The notes under the pieces were generated by a model. That model was not told where the DNA came from and did no database searches. It saw nothing but the letters and a program-made list of their open reading frames with translations. From Blastocystis sp. subtype 4 (taxonomy: Eukaryota): a stretch of DNA of 64,000 nucleotides. Position numbers and translations under genes: made by a program. Location of the stretch: contig NW_014569465.1 of assembly GCF_000743755.1 (NCBI RefSeq), positions 1-64,000 of the forward strand, in the 5' to 3' direction. Within the stretch, counting starts at the first letter, position 1, and each line of letters begins with the position of its first letter. Positions 1 through 13,488 of the stretch are shown here, piece after piece.

Positions 1-855
1 TTGATGGATGATAACTTCGTCTCGATTGTGAAGGCTGTGATGTGGGGTCGAAATGTCTATGACTCCATTCGGAAGTTCCTCCAATTCCAACTCACTGTCA
101 ATGTGGGTGCTCTGTTGATCTCATTCCTCTCATCTGTCTTCCTCAGTGAGACCCCTCTGAAAGCTGTACAGTTGCTGTGGGTTAATCTCATTATGGATAC
201 ATTTGCTGCTCTGGCTCTGGCTACAGAGTTACCAACACCTAAGCTGTTGGATCGTCCTCCTTGTCGTCGTGATGAATCTCTCATTTCTCCTACAATGATG
301 CGTAATATCTTGGGTCAGGTGTTCTATCAGTTCATAACCCTCATGTTTGTGATTTATCAGGGGCATAAGTTTGTGAATGTCCCAGTAGGCCGAGGTCTAG
401 GTACTGATGCTGTTCCAACCACTCATTACACCATGGTGTTTAATGTGTTTGTAATGATGCAAGTGTTCAATGAGTTTAATTCAAGGAAGATTCACAATGA
501 ATGGAATGTGTTTGAGAATATATTTGATAACAGCATGTTCTGGTTTATTGTGATTGGAACCATCATTGTACAGTTGATCATTGTTGAAATTGGAGGTGAA
601 ATAATGGAAACTACTCGATTGAGTTGGGGTGAAATTGGTCTCTCAATTCTGATTGGGTTTATGTGTATGGTATTCCAGCTTTTGGCTCGTACGATACCTG
701 GAAACTGGTTCCTTGATTTGAATGACAAGAAGGAGGGAGGTGCAGATTGGTTATGGGCAAAGCTCAGACCCAAGAATGTAGCTACGGGTCTTCCTAGTGT
801 GACAACACAAACCTATTCAAAACGACCCGAGATGAAGCGAATCTTTACTCAATAA
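1..855 (+). CDS. Plasma-membrane-type Ca2+-transporting P2B ATPase, 3' part (truncated by window)
   Basis: DDNF.SIVKAVMWGRNVYDSIRKFLQFQLTVNV, QLLWVNLIMDTFAALALATE and FNEFNSRKIH are PMCA C-terminal hallmarks. Confidence 0.95.
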   Translation: MMDDNFVSIVKAVMWGRNVYDSIRKFLQFQLTVNVGALLISFLSSVFLSETPLKAVQLLWVNLIMDTFAALALATELPTPKLLDRPPCRRDESLISPTMMRNILGQVFYQFITLMFVIYQGHKFVNVPVGRGLGTDAVPTTHYTMVFNVFVMMQVFNEFNSRKIHNEWNVFENIFDNSMFWFIVIGTIIVQLIIVEIGGEIMETTRLSWGEIGLSILIGFMCMVFQLLARTIPGNWFLDLNDKKEGGADWLWAKLRPKNVATGLPSVTTQTYSKRPEMKRIFTQ

Positions 856-890
856 ATGTATAGTGGTTCATGTTTGTATCAAACACATAA

Positions 891-3428
891 CTAAATGTAA
901 CGCATCTTCTCCTCTTCAGTGCACTTCTTTGGGAACACTCGTTTGTAAAGAGCCATTCGAACTTCATCATTCATACTCAATTGATCATTGAAGATACACT
1001 TCATATATCCATGTGTTCCTAATGGCTCACGAATATGTCCAACCAAACCCAGTCGAGTATGAAGTTCCACAGGTTTGAACCACTATGTCTCATTCTCTCA
1101 ATTACAGCATACAAGAATGTCTCGTGGTTCATAGAACATGTGACGAACTGTGGCTAACTTACGTCTCACCTTGAAAGGACTTCCAGTCAATACAATCTTC
1201 TTCAGTACCACGGTATCTGTTGAAGCCTTGTTCACAGACCCCAATGCGACTACTTGCAAAGTCTACACATCATTCTCTCTGACCTATCTGACCTCATCCC
1301 TTGTTTGCCGAGGTTGGAACACAGTAATTGGACAAGGTCGATAGCTCATAGGAGCATAGAAGATCATTTGAATAAACCCAGTAGGAGGAACCCACTGAAG
1401 ATACTTGCATTTGTCACAACGAACACCTCCATCAGCAAACAGAGGATGAATCAACAAATGACGGAAACCCATATGAATACTTAACAAATCACGGGATTTT
1501 AATGGATCTGGCGACCATGTCGAAGATCGTTGAATCGTGGAATGAACCACGGTTAATTTCTCTTCATACGGTAGTAACCAACTTATGAGAAGTGGCAGAG
1601 AATGCACATATGAAACAAGCCATTGACGATTCACTCCTCGAAGTCGAATCTCAACATAGTCACCAGCTCGAATCACATGGTCTTGAACAACACCACTCTC
1701 ATTCTCCCATTCAAACAAACCTTCACTCTTCACTCGCTTTTCTTGTAATTCTAACGCCGATTTCTGCATTGCCTCAAATCCAGGGAAATCTGTTAATGAA
1801 GCATACTCAATAGGAAGATTCTCCTTGGGATCCCACGGGGATGATCTAAAACTCTGGAGTCCACGATATTTAATGAATCGATAGCGTGCTGGCTGATCCA
1901 ATGGAACCTCCACCTCATCAGGAGCTTCCAAATACTCAGATTCTCTCTCTTTTCGCTCTTCTATACTCAAAACGCCACTTGTTCGAGCTTTCTGCTGTCG
2001 AGCGAAATCTTCGGCATCTTCGGCATCCAATTCGACATCTGCCTCAAAATCACTATCTTCGTCAAGCTGAGCGAGAGCCATATGCTCACGACGATCCTCC
2101 TCATCTTCATACAACTCATCACCGACAATTTCCTGCCAAATGGCCTCAGTGTTTCGAATCGTTCCATGGTCTTCCAGCTATTCACTCAATCCATCATTCA
2201 GTACCATACTGCTTCTGTTGGTGTTGGCCATTGAGGGGGCTGAACCTGAGTCACGTCCACCTCTTCCTCTTCAATCAAATCTCGTTCACGCAAACTTTCA
2301 GCTACTATTAGTTCTTCTTCCAGTGGAATATGATTTGCTTTCACAGGTGATGGGTCAGGCATAACCTTCACATAGGCAAGTTTGTGGGATCCCTCACCTG
2401 TTATGTGAGCAAAATCATAGACCGTGAATGGACCTCCACGTACGTAACCACGCACACAAATGTCACAGACAGGGAGATTTGCCTCCTCCAGAGAGCTATC
2501 AGGTACAATGGCCACCTCTTCACCCAACATGTAAGCACGGAGCTGACGCCAGTGCAAAACTGAAGGAGAACACTCGCTTAAGGCTCGTAATAACAAGTCC
2601 AGACGGAAATCTTCAAAGATTTTGACATCAGGATTCAATTCTGTCTGGAAGAGTCTATTGGTTATTTTGAACGTCTATAGCTCACCGAGAACAAAACTTC
2701 TTCATATTGGCTCGTTGCTTCTGATTTGTAAGTGCTTCAAGGTTTTGAATAATTCCCATACTTGTGGGCAGTCCTTGATTTCGGAGTGTAGTTAGAATTA
2801 GATCGGCTTGAGAAGAAATCACCATTTCCTCTCCAGCAGATGCATCACAGACAAACAAGCAAATATCAGCCACTTTACACGTGTCCAGCACATTTTCCAA
2901 ATTCTGAGTACAACAGAGGAAGGTGAGACGACTTTTGAATTTGGGGAGAATAACAGTTACAGGTTGGCCAATTCCATCCTACTGAATCAATTTTTCATCG
3001 ATAGCCCACTTGACCTAAAGGAGAATAACGAATGGAACAGTCAGAACACGCGTCCAGAATCTTCTTCAATAATACTCGTGTATCGACATTATCCCCAAAT
3101 GGAATCAGTGCAACAGCGGAAGGAAACGCATTTCCAGCGCCTACCAATAAAGGATCTCCATTTCCTAAAATACCAGTTCTACGTTTCTGAATAAACTCTT
3201 TACGTTTATTCTCTCGGAGCTGACGCTGTTCGTTGAGACGATCCTTCCGATTCTGCGTCCTATTTGTCTTATTAGATTTAGATTATCCTACTTCTCCTTA
3301 ATACTCAAGCGATTGCCACTTTCAACACGCCCTCCAAGACTTAGCTTGTTTGAACGTTTTGAAGCCTTGACCTGCTTATGCGACTTATTAACTTGCTTTA
3401 GTGAGCCTGCTTTGTGGCTATGCTCCAT
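891..3428 (-). CDS. TSR1: Pre-rRNA processing protein TSR1 (AARP2CN/BMS1-TSR1 family), multi-exon
   Basis: N-term [53 protein letters not shown]-term [14 protein letters not shown] at 891-893. Confidence 0.93.
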
Positions 3429-3548
3429 TGTTTGTGGTAGAGTCCATGAATGCGGATTCCGGAAATAGGCTCAATTTCTGTATCATATCTCCCACGGGAC
3501 TTATATTGAACTGACTATACAACTTCATACAAAGACTATTGGTGAATT

Positions 3549-5281
3549 ATGTTTTCAAAGTGGATTGAGTCTGCAAAGGAATCGGCAACCAAGATTCTTT
3601 CAACTAGCAAGAGTGTAATTAATACTGTATGTCGTCTTTGGTTGTCTATATTCTAGTCTGTTCAGCAGTTCCAAGCAGCATCAAATGAATGTAAGATTAG
3701 AGACTTTTCTTGTGATGTAGTAAGTGACAAAGCTAATGCGTATCTTCGTGACAATATTATTAAAACACCCAAAGATATGACATATATTACTAACAACTTG
3801 ATTGGTAAGTAGCAATGAAAACTGACTCATTTTTGTAGCGATGGGTTATCCTGGGAATCCTAAAACTCGTCAAGTTGAAACATCTGTCAACAAAACAGAC
3901 ATGACAGCATATTATTTGGAAGCACGTCATGCCAATCATTACAAACTTTTCAATCTTGCTGAAGAGACGTATGACACATTGATCTTCCACGGTCAGGTTG
4001 AGAATTATGATTTCCATGGCTATCCAGCTCCAACCCTCGGTTTATTAGTCCGCATCTGTACTACAGTGGAAGCATGGCTAACGGCAGATCCAGAAAATGT
4101 AGCTGTAATTCATTGTTATGTAAGTCCTGTTGAATGTCTGTACTGTAGGATGGTCGAGGTCGAACGATGCTGTTATGTGCCTGTGTGATGACATGGATGG
4201 GATGGTTCAACAATCCAACTGAGGCTCTGGCAGTCTCACTTGATCGTCGAGGTCTGACTGAGGATGTGATTCTTCCTTCACAACGTCGGTATCTTCAGTA
4301 CTTCGATAATCTCCTCCAGGGTATTCGTCCTTCCCCTGAAGCTATGAAACTGACGAGAGTAGCAATTGAAGGTCTACCTGATATGAGTGATGGAGCTTGT
4401 TCTCCCTTCTTAGAAGTGTATCGTCAGGATCATTTGGTCTATAGTTCATATGTGAAAGGAAGTAAAAACCGTGGATCTGTGGTTCCTATAAATGCTGGTG
4501 ATGGTACACTATTCGTTCCTAATATTGTTCTTCAGGTAGGGATTAAAGAAGGAATTATATCGTAGGGCAACGTATTCATTCGTGTTCGTCATCTTCCTGC
4601 TTATACAGATCGACCTGTGACTCTGTTCCGTTGTCAGTTCTATACAGGGTTTGTGAAACTGTTCAAATTGGATCTGTCACCATCTGAGTTGGATAGGTCA
4701 GTGACTCCCTTCTCTATTCAACTTCATTGTGAGTTCCAACCAGCAGATGATGAAACCAGTCCTATGGAGGATGCATACGAAATGCTAATCACAAAGGAAT
4801 CTTCAGCACTATGGAGTGAAGTGTTGCGAAGGAAAGAAACACGAATGATGAATACAGAAAATAAAGAGGGTTAGAGTGTTAATGGAATGAGAGTGTAGAA
4901 GCATTTGTTGTGGGGACTTCACGGTCATCAAAACGATTGTCTGCTGAACGTAGGAGTAGAAAGGAGGTTTGAGGAATAGCTATGAAGAGCGAGGCGAATC
5001 GAGATGTGGATGTGGATATCAGAAATAATGTTTAGTATGTAAATGAACTATCGCAACTGGAGATTGAATTGAATTCAATGAAAACTAAAACACAAGATGA
5101 GACAGTTGCTGAAGGAGCAGATGAGTTGGATGATGTAGATAAGTTTTTAGAGACTTATCAAGATAATGTGAATGGTAAAGAAGATGAGGCTTTATTAGTT
5201 GTAGGTGAGGGAATGGAAGATGTGAGCACTGAACCCTTTGATTTAGGTGAATATGAGTCTGTATTGAAGGATACCGAATAA
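3549..5281 (+). CDS. PTEN/tensin/auxilin-type phosphatase domain plus C2 domain protein with acidic tail
   Basis: Spliced P-loop VAVIHCYDGRGRT (CX5R); PSQRRYLQYF; C2 motif FRCQFYTGF; TAA 5279-5281 followed by TGTTTGTT at 5285. Confidence 0.85.
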
Positions 5282-5339
5282 TTGTGTTTGTTTGAATCAG
5301 TCGAAGGAACTTTGTCATAAGAAACCTTGTTACACCAAG

Positions 5340-6855
5340 ATGAACACGCTTTTTCTGTTATTCTTAATTGGCTCTACTGTGTCGCTCTCGGAGGAGATAA
5401 GCGAGCCTCATTCGTTCGTTCCTCCCTTTAACAACTATGGATGGTCCGGTAGGTTTTAGAATCGATAGTTCATTGCAAGGAAATCGAAAGATCAAGGGAT
5501 GGAGTTGTGGAGGAGATGCCAATATCAAGGAGTTCTTTATCCGTCTAACACCCGATCGACAAAGTAAGACGGGCTATTGCTGGAATGACAGTCCTATTTC
5601 TTCCAATAAATGGGTGACGACTGTCAAATTCCGTATAAGTGGCCAAGTGCATTTAGATTCCTCTTCTTATGGATTAGGGTGAGTATTTGTATGGTGATGG
5701 TATGACTATTTTCTTTGCAAATAAGCCCTTCTATGAAGAAGTCGATTTCTCGTCATTGGTTAAGTTATAGGGTAAGTTGCATGGAGCCTCAGATCAGTTC
5801 GTTGGATTTGCAGTAGATTTTGCCACGTACAGAAATCAGGATGTATCAGTGTTCTTTTCTCTTCATATCTAGTATCTCCGTTTCCACAGAGATGTGGGTC
5901 TCTATTTGGGTAATAACACAAATGAACATGCCTATCGTCCTGATGTCTACCATCCTGGTTGTTATTCCAACTATCGTTACTATGAAAAGCGTCAAGATTT
6001 CTCTGTAGGAGTATTGATTGTTCATTTTACATAGGCTGACAATTTCGCTTCTGTTCGTATTGCCTACGATGGTGATCAACAGTTGATTCGTGTAACTGTG
6101 GATTCGCAAGGAACTGGCTTCTATCAATCTTGTATCAGTGAAACGGTCGCTCTTCCCTCGGATTGGTGGAGTAAAGCTTACATTGGAATCAGTAGTTCCA
6201 CAGGACAAGTAGCTGATAACCATGATTTGATCAGCGTGGAAACCTTGATGGGTGTCTCAGAAGTGGCTGAAACGAGAGACGTAGTATTCACTTCAAAGGA
6301 GCGAGAAGAACATTTGGCTGAACTATTGAAAGAGGAATCAATTGATGTGAACACGTTGAATCCAAAAGATAAGGCTTTTTTTGCAATGGCAAGTGAATTA
6401 GGTGAAATGAGAGAAAATGAGATAAACAAGCTGAAACGTGAATTAGAACGATCATTAACAGGTATATATAGAATATAATGAATGAAGAGTAGCAATTGAT
6501 GATAGCATCAACTCAATGATTCGAAAATTACAAACACGTGGAGATGTATCTGAGACAAAGATTGAAGAATTGGAAGAATCATTGAAGAAGAGGGTTTCTT
6601 CTTCAATTAGTACACAGATCTCGAATAGGTATTTGATTGGAGGATTGCATGATTGATAGAATTCTGGTATTAGAGAAGATGTTAGACGCAAGTATGAAAC
6701 AGGAGGTGAAGAAGACCAAAGGTGCATGGGTCATTCCATTCATTTTACTGGCTGTGGTGTTAGTAGTTGTGTTCTTCTTTGTCTATGTGAGTGAATGAAT
6801 TTGAGATGAGATATAGAAAGAATATCGACATATTGAGAAGACTCACATGCTGTAA
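5340..6855 (+). CDS. L-type lectin, VIP36/ERGIC-53-like type I membrane protein
   Basis: Signal peptide, HSFVPPF, IRLTPDRQSKTG, YIGISSSTGQVADNHD, coiled coil, C-terminal TM and tail ending EKTHML. Confidence 0.88.
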
Positions 6856-6916
6856 TTTGTGGTTATCATTTGTTTGTTATGGCGTACTTCAAAAACAAAC
6901 GAATGTCAAGTGTACT

Positions 6917-8717
6917 TCAATAAACACATAAAGCACTGATTATCTCATTCTTCCCAATCTCTATCGCTCGGAAGGCTGGTAAATACAAAGGTTCTTCATC
7001 TGTTACTTCAATTTCCCATACACTTCCTTTCCAACGATATCGAACAATCAACATTACACGATCATCCAGATCCTCTTTCTCACTCACCCACATTCCCATA
7101 TATTCTCTCTTGCTTCCAGCATACAATCTCAAATGAGAATCCTTTACCATAAATTGAAGAGCCGTAGTCACATCCATAGCATCCTCACATGCTTGGACCT
7201 TCACTGGGTTATGAATGGCCGACTCATAACCATACACAGCCAGCTCAATTACCAATCCATCGCATGCCTCTTCCTGCTTACGAGACCTCTTCGCTACTGA
7301 AAGCATCATTTGCTGTTGTGACAGTGCAGCCAATCGCTTGTGCTCTGTCTTGAACGCCTTTATTCGCTTCATCTCTTCATCACTACGAATCACTCCACAC
7401 TCTCATGTTTACTTCTTTTCTCGTGTAGACTGAGTCGATCGATTCCAATACCACCATCCACCACTCAGTATGAGAGGTACTGAAAACGCAGTAAGTAATG
7501 CCCAAACGTTAGAAATAGTATTACTCAAAATGATTGGCAATGTGAAGTTCATTCCTCCACGCTGATACTTCAGCTTCAAGGAAATCCCTTTCATTCCTAA
7601 CACTACTACACAATTCATCTTACTAAAGGGAGTCAGATCCTTGCCAATCATTCCCTCAACACTCAAATCTGATATACCTCCATTGAGTGTTATTTTGGCT
7701 TTTGTTCCCTCCTTCTTATTCAATGTATGTAAATGTGACAGTTTCATCCCCAAATCCCGACCAACAAACATTTCAACAATGGAACGTGAATACTGCGTAT
7801 TATACTCACCATGCAAAATACAGTTAACAACTTCATCCAGAGACACACTAATCGTTCCCATCAACTTGTCTGATAACTGTTGAAGAAGTTTCAATTCAAC
7901 TTCAGCTCCTTGCCTTCCATAGCCCAATGATACACTTCCCTGAAGTGAACTTGTGAGAGCTTGAGTCAATTCTACAGCTACTTTGGAGCGCGCTCCAACT
8001 AATACTGTGTATGAAAGAGCTTGATCACGACTGAGGTTATGTTGAAGAGTAAGATTTGCTATTCCATATCCTCCCATCCCTTGCACATTTGCCATTCCAG
8101 TTAAAGCGAAGAAGAGACTTGGAGAAAGGCGAGTTTGAATTCCCTGAACCATTTGCATTTGGGAGATATGAGGTCCTTTCTTTGGAGGACTTGGTAGATA
8201 GAAAGGACTTGCAACTGGAGCCTGTTTAGATGAAGATGTGAAGAGAGATGACACATCAACCGTGAGTGAATAGCTTCCAGATTGTCCTGCTTTTGCTTCA
8301 TATTCTTGTTGGAAGAGAGTATGTACGAGATCGTTGATGGTATCCAAACTCTACTATGATGAAAGAAATCAAATCACTACGTCATCACGTTTCACAATTT
8401 CACAGTTATTCTCATAAAGAAACACAGCCTACGGATTACGGGAAAAAGGGACCTCATATCTTTTCTCCGTACTGATCATACAAATTTCGCTTCTTTTCAT
8501 CACTTAGCACTTGATAGGCACGCTCAATTCGATGAAAGAACTCATTTGCATATTCCTGTAACTCTTTCGGCTGTTTGTCAGGGTGGAATTGCTTTGATAA
8601 GAGTCTGTACTTTTGTTTAATGTCATCTGCATTTGCCTAATACTAATTCTCGTAACCACTTCGTACTGTTCTTGGAAGACCGAGAATTGCGTAGTAATCT
8701 CGCTCTTCGAAATTCAT
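6917..8717 (-). CDS. DNAJC11: DnaJ homolog subfamily C member 11-like (J domain plus DUF3395)
   Basis: Spliced N-term DYYAILGL...FHPDK; C-term GLVIELAVYG...DVTTALQFMVKDS; end may be 6931 if the stop is created by poly(A). Confidence 0.85.
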
Positions 8718-8836
8718 CTCCTGCATGGTACAATATTTGTGGACAAAAGTGGCTTTTTCCTACAGAAAGGGATTGGATTCGCCATATTCATGTCTATAAC
8801 TCTTTTCAATGCATCCCTATCAAAAACAAACAAATC

Positions 8837-10322
8837 CATCTACTTTGATAAATCCCATAATACATATCAAGGATTTCCTTAGTTGCTTTGACATCATGCA
8901 CACGAACACAGTTTGCACCAGCCTGTGCACTCAAAAGACTCACAGCCGCAGTTCCCATCACACGATCTTTTGCTACTTTTACTCCAGTCACTTCGCCAAT
9001 GAATCGTTTTCTGGATGCAGCAATCTATTCTTCAGTTCACTCCTCCTTTTCTACCAGTAGAGGCATATCCTTCGTTATTGCCTTAAAACGAGGAATCTCT
9101 CTGACTAAAGTACAGTTTTGCTGGGCATTTTTGGCAAAACCCAAACCAGGATCAATCATAGTACACCAACGAGGCAAACCTGCTTTTAATGCCAGGAAAG
9201 AGCGATCCACACAATACTGAGCTACTTCTGCAGTTACATCGGAATAGACTGCTTGTTGATCCATTGTTACAGCATTCCCACGTTTGTGCATCAGAATCGC
9301 GGGAATTCCATTTTCTGCCAAATAAGGAATCATTTTGGGATCATCTTCTCCTGCCGAAACATCATTCACGATTGATGCTCCTGCTTCGATGGCCTGCTTT
9401 GCCACAGAGGCATGGTAGGTATCCACAGAAATAGGAATCTCGATTCCAGCCTTACGCAACGCTTGAATCACAGGAACAACACGTTCAGCTTCTTCGGCCT
9501 CCGTAATAGCAGCAGCTCCAGGACGCGTACTCTCTCCTCCAATGTCGATAATGTCAGCTCCCTCTGCTATCATCTGTTTCGCATGTTCTACAGCAGCCTA
9601 AGAATCAAACCAACCAAACATAACTACGGTGAGATTGTTCCAGCAACCTCCATCACTGAAACTGTCAGGAGTTACGTTTAAGATACCCATAATCAGCATG
9701 CGACCTTCTAGAGGCAGATGACCTCCGTTGGCAAGAGGAAATACACGAACACAGTCCGAAGTCTGGATACACTTCAGCATCTCACGAATACTCTTTTTGG
9801 TGACGGGATGAATAAAATCAGGAGCAATATCGCACATTGGCTTCAGTACAAAGCCGCGTTCTTCCAGTCGCTCGTGAGGAATGACAAGATCATCGAATCC
9901 CTCAACCTTGTTGATGTGAACAACATCGTTGCCATAAAATAGGATATCCAAGTCAATAATCCGAGGTCCCATTCTGCAAGTTACAAGTCAAATCAACACC
10001 GACCTATAGGTTTTCTCGCGACCCATTTCCTTCTCAATACGCTTGCATGCACGAAGTAGATCGACTGGAGAAAGGTCGGTTTCCACTTTACAAACGGCAT
10101 TCAGAAAACGACTTTGATTGGTCTCATACATGGCTTTTGTATCATACAAGAAGGATGTATCATTTATAGCCGTAAATGAACGGAGTTTGGATAGGGCGGT
10201 GAATAAATGCTTCTGACGATTGCCTACAGATGACAAGGAATAGATAAAGGAGTACCAATATTGCTCCCAAGTGCTAAAAAGACTTTCATCCCGTTTCCGG
10301 AGAGAAAATGGCGGTTCCCCAT
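8837..10322 (-). CDS. Bifunctional HPPK-dihydropteroate synthase (folK-folP fusion)
   Basis: VFLALGSNIGNR, FLNAV, GPRIIDLDIL, IPH (HPPK); IMGILNVTPDSFSDGG, IDIGGESTRPG, DPGLGFAK, VRVHDV (DHPS); stop predicted as TG+A at 8838-8837. Confidence 0.93.
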
Positions 10323-10368
10323 CTGTAACCGAAATCATTCGAAATTCTGTCATTCGCTGAAACGATAT

Positions 10369-11096
10369 ATGTCTTGGATTGATTGGTTTTGTTCCCTTCC
10401 AGGAAATGAAGGGATCTGCAATGTGCCGGTAGATTTCATCAGTTGGTTCATGAATTCACTTTGACTTTTAGTGGATCAGTTCAATCTTTCTGGACTCCGC
10501 CAAATTGTTGATGATTATGAAGAAGCGCTTAGTATCCTCGTTGGAGATATCCGAGGTAAATAGATTATTCTGAATTTGAATCTATAGATAAGAAGAAAAT
10601 TGAAGCATTGGAAACATCGGTTGTGGAATTGTACTCTTTGATTCATCAACGTTATATTGGAAGTGAAGATGGATTAGAAGATATGGTATGGATAGATTAT
10701 GAGAGTTGAAAGGATAGAAAAAGAAGTATGATGAACGTGTGTATGGTTTCTGTCCTCGATATTATTGTAATAATTGTCCTCTTCTTCCTGTTCGTTTGTA
10801 CAGTTTGGATCATTGTTAGGTTGGTCTATCCAATGAATCACGTCATCATAGTTATAAGTTATACTGTCCTTGTTGTAAAGATTTGTATGTTCCAGTGGAC
10901 GAGAATTCAGAGTGTAAGATAATGAGATTGATTATGATACTTAGCTATTGATGGTTGTTTTTTTGGGACATCGCTTCCACTCGAATTTCTGATCCATTAT
11001 CCATCATATGTGCCCATCAAACCTTTGAAGGTGTATGAACCAAAGCTGTATGGGTTTGCATTGAGTAAAGAAAGTCCGGCATATCGGAAAGTATGA
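10369..11096 (+). CDS. Casein kinase II regulatory (beta) subunit
   Basis: MSWIDWFCSLPGNE, DQFNLSGL, YGFCPRYYC...KLYCPCCKDLY zinc ribbon, IDGCFFGTS, YEPKLYGF. Confidence 0.9.
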
Positions 11097-11224
11097 CTTC
11101 TTGAAGGCAGATGAATGGCAAAAGAATAGTATTGAAAACATGATTTGTTTATATCTACATGGTTGTTCTATTTATTTTGTTTGTTTACGGCACTCACTTG
11201 ACAGACATTTTTTTGGAACAGTCC

Positions 11225-13151
11225 ATGTCTCCTAAGGGATCGACAAAGTAGTTTTATAGTGTTGTATTTCCTTGTAGAAAGAAAGCAACGGTCAAAGGAC
11301 ATGATTTCTCAGAAGCCTATGATTGGCATACTGTAGCGAAATGGTTAAGTGCTACTATTCAAAAGCAGACATGCAGTAAGGAAATTACTGTAGATACTTA
11401 CCAGTATTCTTTTCTTCAACAGATTTGTGCAAAATTGTTTATAAAGTTATTGATAGATAATGATTTCAAATCGTTTTGGGCCTTTCAAGAGTGTCATGGA
11501 GTAGATGCACTTCTTACCATATCCAATTTTATGTCATTCGGTGAATCCTTTACAGAAACTCTGTTTCCTACTTGTTTGAGTCCTTCGGTCAATGTTGTGT
11601 ATTGTCTGGAGATGCAAACAATCTCTTTCTTCGTAACATGGATTTTGAAAATACCTGGGGTGATAAATTGTTGAAACGATTTAGATCAGATCTTCTTGCT
11701 GTATCCCGATTTGCTGTACGATTAAGGCTTGTTTCTGAGTATAGACATCACAAAGCTCCACTATAGCTATTGATTTACTGCCTTCAAAGCAGTGGTGGTG
11801 TGACGGTCCTCGTCTACACATTGTGAATGAGTTTGATGTGCTTACATCTTCTTTCGTTCACTTCTAGTCGTTAATTCGCTTTCGTTGCGCTCATCTTCCT
11901 TCTATGTTTTCGCTTTTTGATCACTCCTTTCTCATCGTGAATCCGTATGATCAACCAGTTCTACCTCGTTCTCTCCAAAACATCGACTCAATGATCTCCA
12001 TATCAGATGATGCATCAAATACAGAATATCATCGTCTCCAGGGCCCTCTTCTTCACGAGCAGACCATTCCACTCAATTCATTGGTTTCCACTATTGTCCC
12101 TACACGACGCTGCTTTATGCCCATTCTGAGCTTTGTCACGGATTCAAACTCATTGGATCTTCCGATTCCTCTTCTCTGTGACTGGATTGTGGTGAGTTCT
12201 GGAACTATCCCTGGATGTGAAGATCTATGTGAAGCAATTCGAGAACCGCTGATTGCATTCAACAAACATCCTTTGCAAGCTGCTTTTCGTAATCGAATCA
12301 ATCGTATCTTTTTCCGCGGGAATTTATCAAGTGAGAGAAGAAACAAAAATGAACAATAGAGCTTAATCGAGTAACAGAACTACTTCAGTTATTGCCTAAA
12401 GAGACTCTGGATGCTGGTGTGATTCGACCATCAGGAATCAGTGAGATATCTGATTCGTCTCTCTATGCTGTTCTCGACAACCAATACTCTCGTTGGTACA
12501 TGAAGGTAATCTATCTGTTTAGTAATTCATAATAGGAAAGCATTCCATACAACTATCCACATTGCTTGTACGAATGAATTGAAGTATTAATTATAGTCAA
12601 TCCTTGCTAAACTGCCAATTTGCACTGTGATCCATAATAGAATTAGTAATGACTAGAGTGATGCCAGATTCACCTGAGTGTCAGTTTGCGCCATTGTATT
12701 ATCTGACTGGAACGGTCGTATTGTTAGTTGCTTCTTCTCAACAGTACTGGTATTCATCCTATTTTAAGCCTGGTGTACATTATGTGCCAATCAAGGTAGT
12801 ATTTCTCGAATTTCAGAAATATAGGATGATTTATCTGATGTGAAGATGATTCTTCAGTCAGCGAGTCTACATCCAGAAAAGTATGAACTAATAGCAAGAA
12901 ATGGACAGGAATTGTAGGGATGAATTGAAGAATGAATGGTAGAGCAAGACAGATCTTTCATCAAAATGTTGTCATAGGATATTTGAAGGAAGCTGTTCGA
13001 TTGATTCGAGAATTGCCTGTAAGCGAGATCAAAACTGTATCAGAGGAGTATTGTCAGTTACAATGTTGGAAGCGACCTCAACTTAGGTCTGTGAAACGAG
13101 AGGTACCTTGTGATTGTACGCAATGTAAAGAAATGAAACGGATTACTGGAT
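11225..13151 (+). CDS. Glycosyltransferase family 90 (CAP10/POGLUT-like) domain protein; 5' structure uncertain
   Basis: IFFRGNLS, YWYSSYFKPGVHYVPIK-DDLSD, IARNGQE; stop predicted as T+AA at 13151. Confidence 0.6.
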
Positions 13152-13488
13152 GGTGTGTTTGTTGTACTCAGGAAAGTGATCGTATTGATCCTCAAGATTG
13201 GAATGATCATAATATTATAGCTTCACGAAGAGACATTAGAATGCAAATAAAGCAATTCTAACACTCGTCTCATTAAAAAAAACAAATCCAGTGATTGCCT
13301 GTATATCTCAATAAATATCTATGGATTGACTCTTAAAGACAAATAATGATTAGATAGGAGAAAACAAGGAATACTGAAATGAGTTATTTGCCAACATCAA
13401 ATATACATCTGATTCCCGTGATTCAAAATCAGTTACAAATGGAGTTCATCATATCTTGCTCATGTGCATTAGTAAATATTAATGAGAA

